A DNA stretch of 24,000 nt from Prochlorococcus marinus str. MIT 9201 (GTDB taxonomy: Bacteria > Cyanobacteriota > Cyanobacteriia > PCC-6307 > Cyanobiaceae), in assembly GCF_047305125.1 (NCBI RefSeq), contig NZ_CP138977.1. One strand, written 5' to 3'. The position numbers and the translations under genes are program-made. The notes under the pieces are model-generated. The model saw nothing but the letters and a program-made list of their open reading frames with translations. It was not told the DNA's origin and did no database searches. Below are positions 1 to 7,384 of this stretch, piece by piece (positions within the stretch are counted from its first letter, which is position 1; every line of letters starts with the position of its first letter).

Positions 1-547
1 TATTTTGCAACCAGGAATATTCGTCTTTATTATTTATGGTCACTAAATTACCACCTAAGGATTGTGATCTTTGCTGCGCTTCATCCCAATTTGAAGCCTC
101 TAAGATCACATAATCTGAACATTCATTATTAATTGCAGCATTCTGAACAACGAAATCAAAATTATTATATTTTTGAGCTATTAGATTAAATGACTGACAT
201 GAATCAAAAGATTCAGCCCATCCTGTTTTAGCTCCATTTGACATATCTAGCGAGATAGAACATGTTTTATCAATTGTTGCGGACATCAAGCTTGAACAAT
301 CTGTTGACTGAAAAGTAATGCCTGGGATCAAAGGAGCATTTGGTGATTTATTAGAATTGTTTAGACAACTTGTATAGTTTTCACTGAGAACCATTTTTGC
401 AGCCGCAAATCTAGCCATATTTAGTAATCTTAAAAGATAAGGTCCTCCTATAGTGGCTAAAATTGATAGAACGGCTATTACTATTATTAACTCAGTCAAT
501 GAAAATCCAAGCTCGTTATATTTTTTCTTTGTTTTTAATGATTTCAA
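1..547 (-). CDS. Type IV pilin-like (prepilin N-terminal methylation motif) protein with a C-type-lectin-like distal region; the 3' end runs off the window
   Basis: Manual minus-strand translation is open from 547 to 1. It is absent from the ORF track because there is no stop in the window. The only possible start is TTG 545-547, just after an in-frame TGA. The N-terminus (M)KSLKTKKKYNELG|FSLTELIIVIAVLSILA shows the G/FxxxE prepilin cleavage motif followed by a hydrophobic helix. The distal part ...YVILEASNWDEAQQRSQSLGGNLVTINNKDEYSWLQN resembles the C-type lectin signature. Confidence 0.6.
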   Translation of the reverse strand, partial: MKSLKTKKKYNELGFSLTELIIVIAVLSILATIGGPYLLRLLNMARFAAAKMVLSENYTSCLNNSNKSPNAPLIPGITFQSTDCSSLMSATIDKTCSISLDMSNGAKTGWAESFDSCQSFNLIAQKYNNFDFVVQNAAINNECSDYVILEASNWDEAQQRSQSLGGNLVTINNKDEYSWLQN

Positions 548-635
548 TTTAACGAAAAATCAACTACCAAAATATTATAAAATTTTTCACAAAGAAACTA
601 AATTTTACAAATATCTTAAAAAAATTCTTTATCTT

Positions 636-682
636 GGTACTTTGGGAGCATTAGGTCGCAGGTTTCAATCCTATCGCCCCGA
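636..682 (+). repeat. Partial tRNA-Pro(UGG) 3' fragment, copy a (degenerate)
   Basis: ggtactttgggagcattaggtcgcaggtttcaatcctatcgccccga runs from the anticodon loop TTTGGGA to the acceptor 3' strand CGCCCCG plus A. The T-loop is mutated and there is no 5' half upstream. Confidence 0.75.
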
Positions 683-754
683 TTTGGATCTCAGCAATTA
701 GCAAAATAGCTTGTGTGCAAAATGTAAGCAAAATCTATTCTTCTTCAAGACTTG

Positions 755-1021
755 TCAATTTTTGGTCCTTTTGCGAAAAATTAGATATGTACTTATTACT
801 GATAAAGGTAGTGAGAGAAATCCTGATATTGTAGAAGAGACCTTGAATTTATCATAGTATTGAGAAACTTCTAAACGCTCTTCTTTTGTCATGTCCTTAA
901 ATTGCTTTTCTTTAGATAAAGGGGGTTCCCCTAACAATAAGAAGGCTATATTTACTTGAAAAAAAATGTAGGAAGCAAAAAATGTTGAAAATTTGATGAA
1001 TATATCTAAACAACCTTTCAT
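755..1021 (-). CDS. Hypothetical small membrane protein (88 aa)
   Basis: ORF track. Hydrophobic N- and C-terminal segments; no family recognised. Confidence 0.4.
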   Translation of the reverse strand: MKGCLDIFIKFSTFFASYIFFQVNIAFLLLGEPPLSKEKQFKDMTKEERLEVSQYYDKFKVSSTISGFLSLPLSVISTYLIFRKRTKN

Positions 1022-1071
1022 TTGATGATTTCCATAATCTTTATCTTAACTCTGAGCTTATTTCTTGACCT

Positions 1072-1118
1072 AGTGCTTTGGGAGCACTAGGTCGCAGGTT
1101 CGAATCCTGTCGCCCCGA
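1072..1118 (+). repeat. Partial tRNA-Pro(UGG) 3' fragment, copy b (best preserved, ~47 nt)
   Basis: agtgc-tttggga-gcact is the anticodon arm with anticodon TGG. It is followed by aggtc, then the T-arm gcagg-ttcgaat-cctgt, then cgccccg-a. No CGGGGCG 5' acceptor strand lies upstream, so this is not an intact gene. Confidence 0.85.
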
Positions 1119-1147
1119 TTGGGTTTTCAGCGATTGGTAAATATTAC

Positions 1148-1190
1148 AATACGAAAGCGATACGAATAGCAAAACTCTTCTGGACACTTT
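1148..1190 (+). repeat. Direct repeat R (partner at 2321-2372) flanking the 1298..2158 gene
   Basis: tacgaaagcgatacgaata...ctggacact matches tacgaaaagcgtacgaaag...ctggacact at 2321-2372. Confidence 0.5.
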
Positions 1191-1297
1191 TAATAAGTCT
1201 CAGACTGCCTTTCGTACCAATCCAGAATTGTAGGGTTGAATTAAAAGAAATTGTTTTTCTGTATAAAAATGCTATAGTTTTAAAAATTTTTTTTGAT

Positions 1298-2158
1298 TTG
1301 AAATTACTTTTTAACCTAAATTTTAAATTACTTACTGGAGCAATTTTTATTTTTCTTGCAATTCTATTTGACGCTAATACTCCAATTAAATCAGAAACTT
1401 GTGAAGAAAATCCAGAAACTTTTGCAACTAGTTGTTTTAAAACACCAGTGACCTACAAAACAAGAGTTTATGAACTTGGTTTTTGTAAATCTGACCCTTT
1501 ATCAGGCACTACTGGGACGGGAATTAATGTAACCTCGAATCACGTGATTGATGAAACGAGTTGTGTTCCAACATTTATTTCAGATTCCGGAAGTCTTGTT
1601 GACCTTTCGACAATTGGAGCATCTCAAATTCTAGACGGAACTAATATATCACCGCCATCTGGAACCTACCCATTTGCGTACATAAAAGTAAGCAATACAT
1701 TTGTACTTAAAGGAACTCAATTAGTCAATGGTGTGCCTTTTTATTCCAGTTCAGATGGAACTGCCACTAAACTTTTGTCAGAATATGTTGAATGGAATAA
1801 TACGGTTATTGATTTTGAAAAAGGAACAGAATGCGAACCTCTATCCAATAACAGGATGATGGCAGGTGCAGAAACTTATACAAGTGGTATTACAGGAACT
1901 ATGAAAGCCTTGCTCTCACATATTAGTGATGAAAAAATTGTTGCAACAACTCCTGATGATTGTGGTATTTCAAATCGTATTTATGCCAGTTTTAAACCAA
2001 CAAATCCTGTAATTATTACAGATTCCACTAAAGGTTTAGAAGTATTATTTTCTATAAAAAATACTGGCTTAAGTGTTGTTCCATGGAGTGGACCAAATGA
2101 TCTTGAAGTGGGATATTTTTCAACTGGACCAATTTTGCCTAAGTTTCAAACTTTTTAA
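1298..2158 (+). CDS. Secreted or envelope Cys-containing protein; orphan member of the 'partner' family also found at 21234..22151 and 23398..>24000
   Basis: ORF track (TTG start). Hydrophobic N-terminal signal or anchor. Shared motifs with the two paralogues: TP-x-[YF]-x-T-[RK]-[VI]-Y-x-[LV]-x-[FL]-C-x-S-x-P, [FY]YS[ST]SDG, and a C-terminal P-x-F-[QS]-T-F. Confidence 0.7.
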   Translation: MKLLFNLNFKLLTGAIFIFLAILFDANTPIKSETCEENPETFATSCFKTPVTYKTRVYELGFCKSDPLSGTTGTGINVTSNHVIDETSCVPTFISDSGSLVDLSTIGASQILDGTNISPPSGTYPFAYIKVSNTFVLKGTQLVNGVPFYSSSDGTATKLLSEYVEWNNTVIDFEKGTECEPLSNNRMMAGAETYTSGITGTMKALLSHISDEKIVATTPDDCGISNRIYASFKPTNPVIITDSTKGLEVLFSIKNTGLSVVPWSGPNDLEVGYFSTGPILPKFQTF

Positions 2159-2320
2159 GTACTAAAAAATACCCAGAGTGGACCCAAGATATATTTTCAA
2201 TCAGAAATTTTTTATGTAATCTAAGATTTTCCTTTTAGCAAAATAAATCTCAAATATTAATTTGCTTGTCCGGATATTTTTGGATAACAAAGTAGTTTAT
2301 GGACTTTCATATAAGAAAGG

Positions 2321-2372
2321 TATACGAAAAGCGTACGAAAGGGACAACCTTTTATAAACAATACTGGACACT
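2321..2372 (+). repeat. Direct repeat R' (partner of 1148-1190)
   Basis: See 1148-1190. It lies immediately upstream of tRNA fragment c. Confidence 0.5.
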
Positions 2373-2443
2373 ATAGAACAGCCTTTTATTCTTATATCTA
2401 TTGTTATGACTGAGATCCAAGATGCTCACTAATTTTATGTTAA

Positions 2444-2487
2444 TGCTTTGGGAGCACTAGGTCGCAGGTTCGAACCCTGTCGCCCCA
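2444..2487 (+). repeat. Partial tRNA-Pro(UGG) 3' fragment, copy c
   Basis: tgctttgggagcactaggtcgcaggttcgaaccctgtcgcccca. The last acceptor bases diverge and there is no 5' half. Confidence 0.8.
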
Positions 2488-2733
2488 ACCATTTCAAAAC
2501 CTATTCATACCAGCTAGTTACACAGACTCGCTTTTTTATTGCAAAAATATGAATACTCGAAATGTGGTCAAATAGCGTTAAATAAGATCTTAAATTTGCA
2601 ATATTATTCCTAAGAAATTTACTTGAGAATATAATTTGGTAATCCATAAAAAATAATTCCAATAAGATCAATATTTTTAATAGTAATTTGCAATGTTAGG
2701 GTATTTTTATAAAGAAATCGTATAAAAATTAAA

Positions 2734-3099
2734 ATGAAAAAGTTTCTGAGATATATCTTTTCAGGAGTAATAAATACAATAGTCACATATATCACCTCAA
2801 TAATTCTTTTAAAAATATTCAATATATTTTTAGTTATCAGTAATCTATTAGGTTACGTAGTTGGTATTTTTGTTTCTTTTTATTTGAATAGAAATTTTGT
2901 ATTTAGAAGTAACCAAGTGGGAATAAAAAAACAATTTTACAAATTTATTTGTGCTTGTTTATTTTCTTATTTTATAAATTTAATTTTTTTAATTTTCTTT
3001 TCCTATATTTTTGAATTAAATGATTATATTTCGCAAATTTTATCTATGACAACTTATAGTTTGACTTTTTACTACTTGTCCAATAAATATATTTTCTAA
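2734..3099 (+). CDS. GtrA-family small polytopic membrane protein (lipid-linked sugar flippase-like)
   Basis: 121 aa with about four hydrophobic helices. It begins MKKFLRYIFSGVINT and contains SFYLNRNFVFRS, both typical of the GtrA family. It sits next to a GT2 gene. Confidence 0.7.
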   Translation: MKKFLRYIFSGVINTIVTYITSIILLKIFNIFLVISNLLGYVVGIFVSFYLNRNFVFRSNQVGIKKQFYKFICACLFSYFINLIFLIFFSYIFELNDYISQILSMTTYSLTFYYLSNKYIF

Positions 3100-3100
3100 A

Positions 3101-4504
3101 TTATTTTTCACATAGCTCTAGACCATTATCCCATTTAAAACAATCCCAATTATTCTCTTTTGCAGTCTTTATATATTCTTTCTGCAATTTATTAGAAGAG
3201 TCCCATCCAGGATCCAATGGATTAAGAAGTAAAATATTAAACTCTTTTAAATCTGATTTAATATCATCTTCATTTTTAGGATATTTTATGAAAGATCTCT
3301 GGGATAAATGAGGGACCAAATAACTTGTCGTGATCACATTTGCATTTTTTGGTATTTCTTTAAATGCTTCCCTAGCTGGAATGATAGAATCCAAACGACT
3401 AAGGTATGGGCCTGCAAAGAAAAGAGGCTTAGCTAATGCCGCCCAACAAATAATCATCCATAGAAATGTTTTTCTTCTATAAATGAAAATATCCTCATTA
3501 TTTGCCAATCCATTTATTACTGAAACTACAATTACAAGAGCAATTGGAAGGCTGTATTGGTGAATCAAAGTTCTTTGTGAAGAAGATTCTGAAAGAATAT
3601 TTGAAAAAACCAATGGGAATGAACTTATTAATGTAATAAAAGAAATGTTTTTCAAAAAAACTAAAGCTGGAGCAAATAAAATTAATAAATAAAATATTGA
3701 ATCAATTAACTTTATTTGTTTTAGAACATATAGTGGATTCAAAAATAATGTAAATAATATTTCCTTAAACGAATCCCCATAATTTGAATATCTCGCAAGA
3801 GCCATAACAGATCCTTTATCGCCATTCAAAATTGGATACATCAAATTATTTAAGAATAAAAACCAGAGTATAGAAATTAAAAAAAGAATTAAGGCTCTTC
3901 TAAATTTCTTTTTCAAAATTTGCTCCAAACCAAAACCAAAAATTAAAAGTACTAATCCATCCCTTGTTCCAAGAATTAAAACAGTAAGCAAAATTGATAT
4001 ACTGAAATTCTTATTTTTTTCGAAATAATAATAAAAGGCAATGCAAGGCATTGCCCAAACCTCTGGATGAAAATCAAATAGATTAATATTAAAAACTACT
4101 GGCTGTAGAAGCCAAAAAGTTCCTACAAGAAATCCTACTTTACTGCTTAAGTTATTTTTTTTGCACAGAAGCCATAGAGGAATTGTCGTAAAACAAAGAG
4201 ATAAAGATTGTGAAAGAAATAAAATATTTATATCAGGAATTAATTTATATATCACTGAAATTATGTATAGTGTCCAGGCACCATGATCTGCAAACATATG
4301 TAATCCAGTCATGGTTGAATATGAAGGTAAATTTTTACTAGTGAGCCATATCCATTGATCAAATAACCCTAAATCATAAGCGTTACTCTGCAACAAATAA
4401 TGTCTTAAAACTGCTAGTAAAAAAAATGCAAGAGAAGAGAAAGTAGTAATTAAAAAAAGTTTCTTAAAATAAATATCACTTCTAAAATTATTTAACTTAT
4501 CCAT
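3101..4504 (-). CDS. Large polytopic membrane protein, DUF2079-like (putative GT-C-type glycosyltransferase, gtrC analogue)
   Basis: 467 aa with more than 10 hydrophobic segments. The N-terminal SNAYDLGLFDQWIWL...FADHGAWTLY resembles the DUF2079 signature. It starts 10 nt downstream of the GT2 gene on the same strand. Confidence 0.65.
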   Translation of the reverse strand: MDKLNNFRSDIYFKKLFLITTFSSLAFFLLAVLRHYLLQSNAYDLGLFDQWIWLTSKNLPSYSTMTGLHMFADHGAWTLYIISVIYKLIPDINILFLSQSLSLCFTTIPLWLLCKKNNLSSKVGFLVGTFWLLQPVVFNINLFDFHPEVWAMPCIAFYYYFEKNKNFSISILLTVLILGTRDGLVLLIFGFGLEQILKKKFRRALILFLISILWFLFLNNLMYPILNGDKGSVMALARYSNYGDSFKEILFTLFLNPLYVLKQIKLIDSIFYLLILFAPALVFLKNISFITLISSFPLVFSNILSESSSQRTLIHQYSLPIALVIVVSVINGLANNEDIFIYRRKTFLWMIICWAALAKPLFFAGPYLSRLDSIIPAREAFKEIPKNANVITTSYLVPHLSQRSFIKYPKNEDDIKSDLKEFNILLLNPLDPGWDSSNKLQKEYIKTAKENNWDCFKWDNGLELCEK

Positions 4505-4513
4505 GAAAACTAC

Positions 4514-5458
4514 TTACTTTTTATTAAGAACTTTTTTCTCCTCAACAATATAGAGGGGTCTATTTTTTGTCTCGAAAAATATATTTCCAATATATTCTCC
4601 CAATAATCCGATAAAAATTAACTGAATACCAGAGGAGAGTAATATTGTCATACAAATTGCTGCCCACCCTGCTACCCAGTTTTGCGTCAATAATCTTATG
4701 TATAAGACATAGACTATGCCAAAAAATGATAATGACGAGAAAAAGAAACCCATAAAAGTAGCAAGCCTTAGCGGTCTCCTTGAAAAATTAGTTAAACCCT
4801 CAATCGCAAAAGAAATCATTTTCCTTAGAGAATATTTTGTAACCCCAGCGAAGCGAGGATCTCTCTCATATAAAACACTTATTTGATTAAAACCGACCCA
4901 TGCGATCAAACCTCTCATAAATCGACCTTTCTCTGAAAATTTTTGTAATTCATCAATAACAGTTCTGTCAATTAATCTGAAATCACCAGTATCAACAGGT
5001 ATTTTTATTCCTGAAAAAAAATTCAATAACCTATAAAAAATGAATGCAGTAAATTTCTTAAAAATGTTTTCTTGTCTTCTAATAGTTCTTTGACCATATA
5101 CCACCTTATATCCTTTTTCCCACTTTTCAATCATTCTTTCAGCTATTTCAGGAGGGTCTTGTAAGTCCGCATCTATGATGACAGAAGCAGATCCTGTACA
5201 ATTGTCTAATCCAGCTTGAACAGCCTGCTGATGCCCAAAATTTCTTGAAAAACTTAATAAAATTATTTTCAAAGGATAATTTTTAATTCCAAGAATAGTC
5301 TTCTTAGTACTGTCAGTACTTCCATCATTAATTAAAATTAACTCCCAATTATATTTATTTATTTTTTTTGAAACTTTACTGATTCTTTTTAATGTTTCTA
5401 GAATTACTTTCTCTTCATTAAAGCAAGGAACAACCCATGATATCGTTTTCTTATCCAT
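4514..5458 (-). CDS. Family 2 glycosyltransferase, polyprenyl-phosphate sugar transferase type (GtrB/ArnC/DPM1-like)
   Basis: VVPCFNEE...LINDGSTD...FSRNFGHQQA...IDADLQDPPE...VVYGQR, plus two C-terminal TM helices. Confidence 0.9.
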   Translation of the reverse strand: MDKKTISWVVPCFNEEKVILETLKRISKVSKKINKYNWELILINDGSTDSTKKTILGIKNYPLKIILLSFSRNFGHQQAVQAGLDNCTGSASVIIDADLQDPPEIAERMIEKWEKGYKVVYGQRTIRRQENIFKKFTAFIFYRLLNFFSGIKIPVDTGDFRLIDRTVIDELQKFSEKGRFMRGLIAWVGFNQISVLYERDPRFAGVTKYSLRKMISFAIEGLTNFSRRPLRLATFMGFFFSSLSFFGIVYVLYIRLLTQNWVAGWAAICMTILLSSGIQLIFIGLLGEYIGNIFFETKNRPLYIVEEKKVLNKK

Positions 5459-5658
5459 AAATATCTTTCACTAATATTTATCATGATTAATTTTTATTTT
5501 ATCACTATGATTTAAAAGGAATTTGAATTAAAAGTAAATCAGCTTAAAAGAATACAAAGGTAATTAATATAAAAAACTTTTCAATGTAGAAACTTTTTTA
5601 AAATTAACTCTCCAATATACAACACAACAAAAACCTATAAACCAAGCTAAACCCCATT

Positions 5659-5704
5659 AAAAAAAAAGAGGGTCTTATCCCTCTATGTTAGATCGACTGT
5701 CAAT
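5659..5704 (-). promoter_or_regulatory. Composite junction element copy 1 (block + TAACAT + hairpin + T9)
   Basis: Minus strand: ATTGACAGTCGATCTAACATAGAGGGATAAGACCCTCTTTTTTTTT. The hairpin is AGAGGG/CCCTCT. It lies ~200 nt upstream of the GT2 gene. Confidence 0.6.
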
Positions 5705-5738
5705 CTTATTTAAAATAGCGGTGCAAGTAGTAAGCGTT

Positions 5739-5831
5739 TTATTTTTTAGAGGTCATTTTGAAGGTTAAGTACGCAAAGCCACCTAGTAATAACAAACTAA
5801 CAACCCCATAAGCTATTGCTATGCCGTACAT
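5739..5831 (-). CDS. Small hydrophobic peptide, 30 aa (MYGIAIAYGVVSLLLLGGFAYLTFKMTSKK)
   Basis: Manual translation; ATG start; single TM-like segment. Below the ORF-track length cutoff. Confidence 0.35.
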   Translation of the reverse strand: MYGIAIAYGVVSLLLLGGFAYLTFKMTSKK

Positions 5832-5852
5832 ATTCTGACTATTGTTTACTTG

Positions 5853-6242
5853 CTAATCCCAAAGAGACAGATCTGAATCTCCTGTTGATCTTTGCATCCA
5901 ATGAATTTTCCAAATCCCATTAATCTTTTTGAAGATAGAAGTTACGGTTGGCAAATCATCATTAGGAGTTCCTTTGTAGGAGAATTTTGCCCCAAGAGTA
6001 AAAACACACATTGCTACATCGGCAGAAAGAAATTCAAACTTATGAATTTTTGTAATTTCTGCTTTTTCCTGAACAACATCACCAGAACTCATCATTTCCT
6101 CGAATCCCTTTGCACTTATTGGATTCCCGCTAGGTCTGATAAGTAAAAAATCTGCAGTGGCATTATTTACAAAAAATGAGCCCATTTTCTGCGGTGTTGC
6201 CAACTCATACAACATCGATTCAATTGTTTCTCTATCTGTCAT
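5853..6242 (-). CDS. NTF2-fold / SnoaL-like (DUF4440-like) protein
   Basis: 129 aa. The pattern ...DFLLIRPSGNPIS...DVAMCVFT...NGIWKIHWMQRS is typical of the NTF2-like superfamily. Confidence 0.6.
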   Translation of the reverse strand: MTDRETIESMLYELATPQKMGSFFVNNATADFLLIRPSGNPISAKGFEEMMSSGDVVQEKAEITKIHKFEFLSADVAMCVFTLGAKFSYKGTPNDDLPTVTSIFKKINGIWKIHWMQRSTGDSDLSLWD

Positions 6243-6284
6243 AAAAAAAACTTATTGCCCCTTATTTTAGATCAACTGTCAATT
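6243..6284 (-). promoter_or_regulatory. Composite junction element copy 2 (hairpin decayed)
   Basis: Minus strand: AATTGACAGTTGATCTAAAATAAGGGGCAATAAGTTTTTTTTATG. The T-run abuts the start codon of 5853..6242. Confidence 0.55.
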
Positions 6285-6462
6285 CTTTTTTTAGTTTAAA
6301 AATTGCAAGATGGCACTTGGGTGTAATAGGGGGAGCTAAGTGACGATCTCATACTATTTCTGGCGATCGCAAGGCATGATTTTGAGACTCAAATACGTTC
6401 CAAAAACAAAGAAAACATTAGTTATAATCAATATGCTTATCTTTTTCTCAATTTTACATACA

Positions 6463-6509
6463 AGTGCATTGGGAGCACTTGGTCGCAGGTTGGAATCCTA
6501 TCGCCCAGA
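6463..6509 (+). repeat. Partial tRNA-Pro(UGG) 3' fragment, copy d (degenerate)
   Basis: agtgcattgggagcacttggtcgcaggttggaatcctatcgcccaga carries several substitutions relative to copy b. Confidence 0.7.
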
Positions 6510-6707
6510 CTCTAATAATCCAAGTCATAGAATTGTTTCCCAAACTGTCTTTTTTATAGTTACATTTAAGAATAATGAGGCTGAGCGAGTTTCGAAAGAG
6601 ATTCCGCCATACTTTGCATAACTTTGCCGAATGATATCGCTCAAAATGGATATGAAATTCACAAAATAATCACAATAATTCGTATGATTGAAAAAACATT
6701 AATCATA

Positions 6708-6881
6708 ATGAAATCTATTCTTGCAGATAAAAGAACAAAAGCAATATTAGGAATTGGTTTAATAGCTATTGGTATTGGCGCAATTTCAAAAAAGTTTATA
6801 CGCTATCCAACTGGAGGATGTATGAAAGGTACTCAAGAATTGACTTTAAATAAAGAGATAAAAAACAAGATCTTTATTTAA
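6708..6881 (+). CDS. Hypothetical small membrane protein (57 aa from the internal ATG)
   Basis: The ORF track lists 6624..6881 with a TTG start. ATG 6708 gives MKSILADKRTKAILGIGLIAIGIGAISKK... with one TM segment. Convergent with 6898..7311. Confidence 0.3.
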   Translation: MKSILADKRTKAILGIGLIAIGIGAISKKFIRYPTGGCMKGTQELTLNKEIKNKIFI

Positions 6882-6897
6882 CGAGTAAGTGTTTCAC

Positions 6898-7311
6898 TTA
6901 CTCAATAATAATTGATCCGCCCGTTCCAAAAGGTGCATGAGGAGAGCAAACATAATAGTATTTGCCTTTAGATACGCCCTTTGTATTCCATGATAATGTT
7001 CCATTTTGAATCCCTGGAGTACCAGAAAGTATTCCTGTGGTTATCTGATCACCACTCCCACGAGAAAATTCAGTCTTTATATAAAAAGGATGACGAGATG
7101 CATCAATATCAAAGATGATTATATCTCCTTTATTAACAGTGACTGTAGGATCATTTCCACTTAAAGGTCCGTTCCTATCAGTTCCACTCAAGATATAGTC
7201 ACGATAACCCTCTGCTGATACGTCTATTTTAAATGTTTCTGAATCTGCAAAAGCTGATCCTGAGAACCCTATGAGCAAAGGTAGTAAAAAAATAGAACGC
7301 ATAATTTTCAT
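6898..7311 (-). CDS. Secreted cupredoxin-like (plastocyanin/azurin-fold) protein
   Basis: Signal peptide MKIMRSIFLLPLLIGFSGSAFA. RHPFYIK and the C-terminal YYYVCSPHAPFGTGGSIIIE align with the plastocyanin Y-x-x-x-C-S-P-H-x4-M-x-G motif. Confidence 0.7.
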   Translation of the reverse strand: MKIMRSIFLLPLLIGFSGSAFADSETFKIDVSAEGYRDYILSGTDRNGPLSGNDPTVTVNKGDIIIFDIDASRHPFYIKTEFSRGSGDQITTGILSGTPGIQNGTLSWNTKGVSKGKYYYVCSPHAPFGTGGSIIIE

Positions 7312-7334
7312 ACTATGTATATGTAAATAGTAAG

Positions 7335-7379
7335 AAAAAAAAGGAGCTAATTGCTCCTTATTTTAGATCGACTGTCAAT
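7335..7379 (-). promoter_or_regulatory. Composite junction element copy 3
   Basis: Minus strand: ATTGACAGTCGATCTAAAATAAGGAGCAATTAGCTCCTTTTTTTT. The 7-bp stem is AAGGAGC/GCTCCTT. It lies upstream of 6898..7311. Confidence 0.6.
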
Positions 7380-7384
7380 CGTGT

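Noticed and set aside
453-701. Track ORF 453..701 (+), 82 aa
   Set aside because: It overlaps the 5' end of the pilin-like minus-strand gene. Its C-terminal LGALGRRFQSYRPD is merely the translation of tRNA-Pro fragment a, and the same pseudo-peptide recurs in 6340..6621.
2619-2822. Track ORF 2619..2822 (-)
   Set aside because: It overlaps the start of the GtrA-family gene on the opposite strand and is a low-complexity, Ile-rich artefact of AT-rich DNA.
5698-5703. TTGACA of the element as a canonical sigma-70 -35 box
   Set aside because: It lies only 7 bp from the conserved TAnnnT hexamer. Hexamers 17 bp downstream (AGCAAT, GGATAA, etc.) lack the T-A...T pattern. The block is therefore more likely an operator or non-canonical promoter determinant.
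5892-6146. Track ORF 5892..6146 (+)
   Set aside because: It lies entirely antisense within the NTF2-like gene, and its composition is typical of a shadow ORF.
636-6509. Possibility that the tRNA-like sequences are intact tRNA genes
   Set aside because: None has the 5' acceptor strand (CGGGGCG), D-arm or 5' anticodon-stem context upstream. Each is only the ~47-nt 3' portion.
6340-6621. Track ORF 6340..6621 (+), 93 aa
   Set aside because: It reads straight through tRNA-Pro fragment d (ALGALGRRLESYRPD) and has no plausible start context. It is an artefact of an open frame in non-coding DNA.
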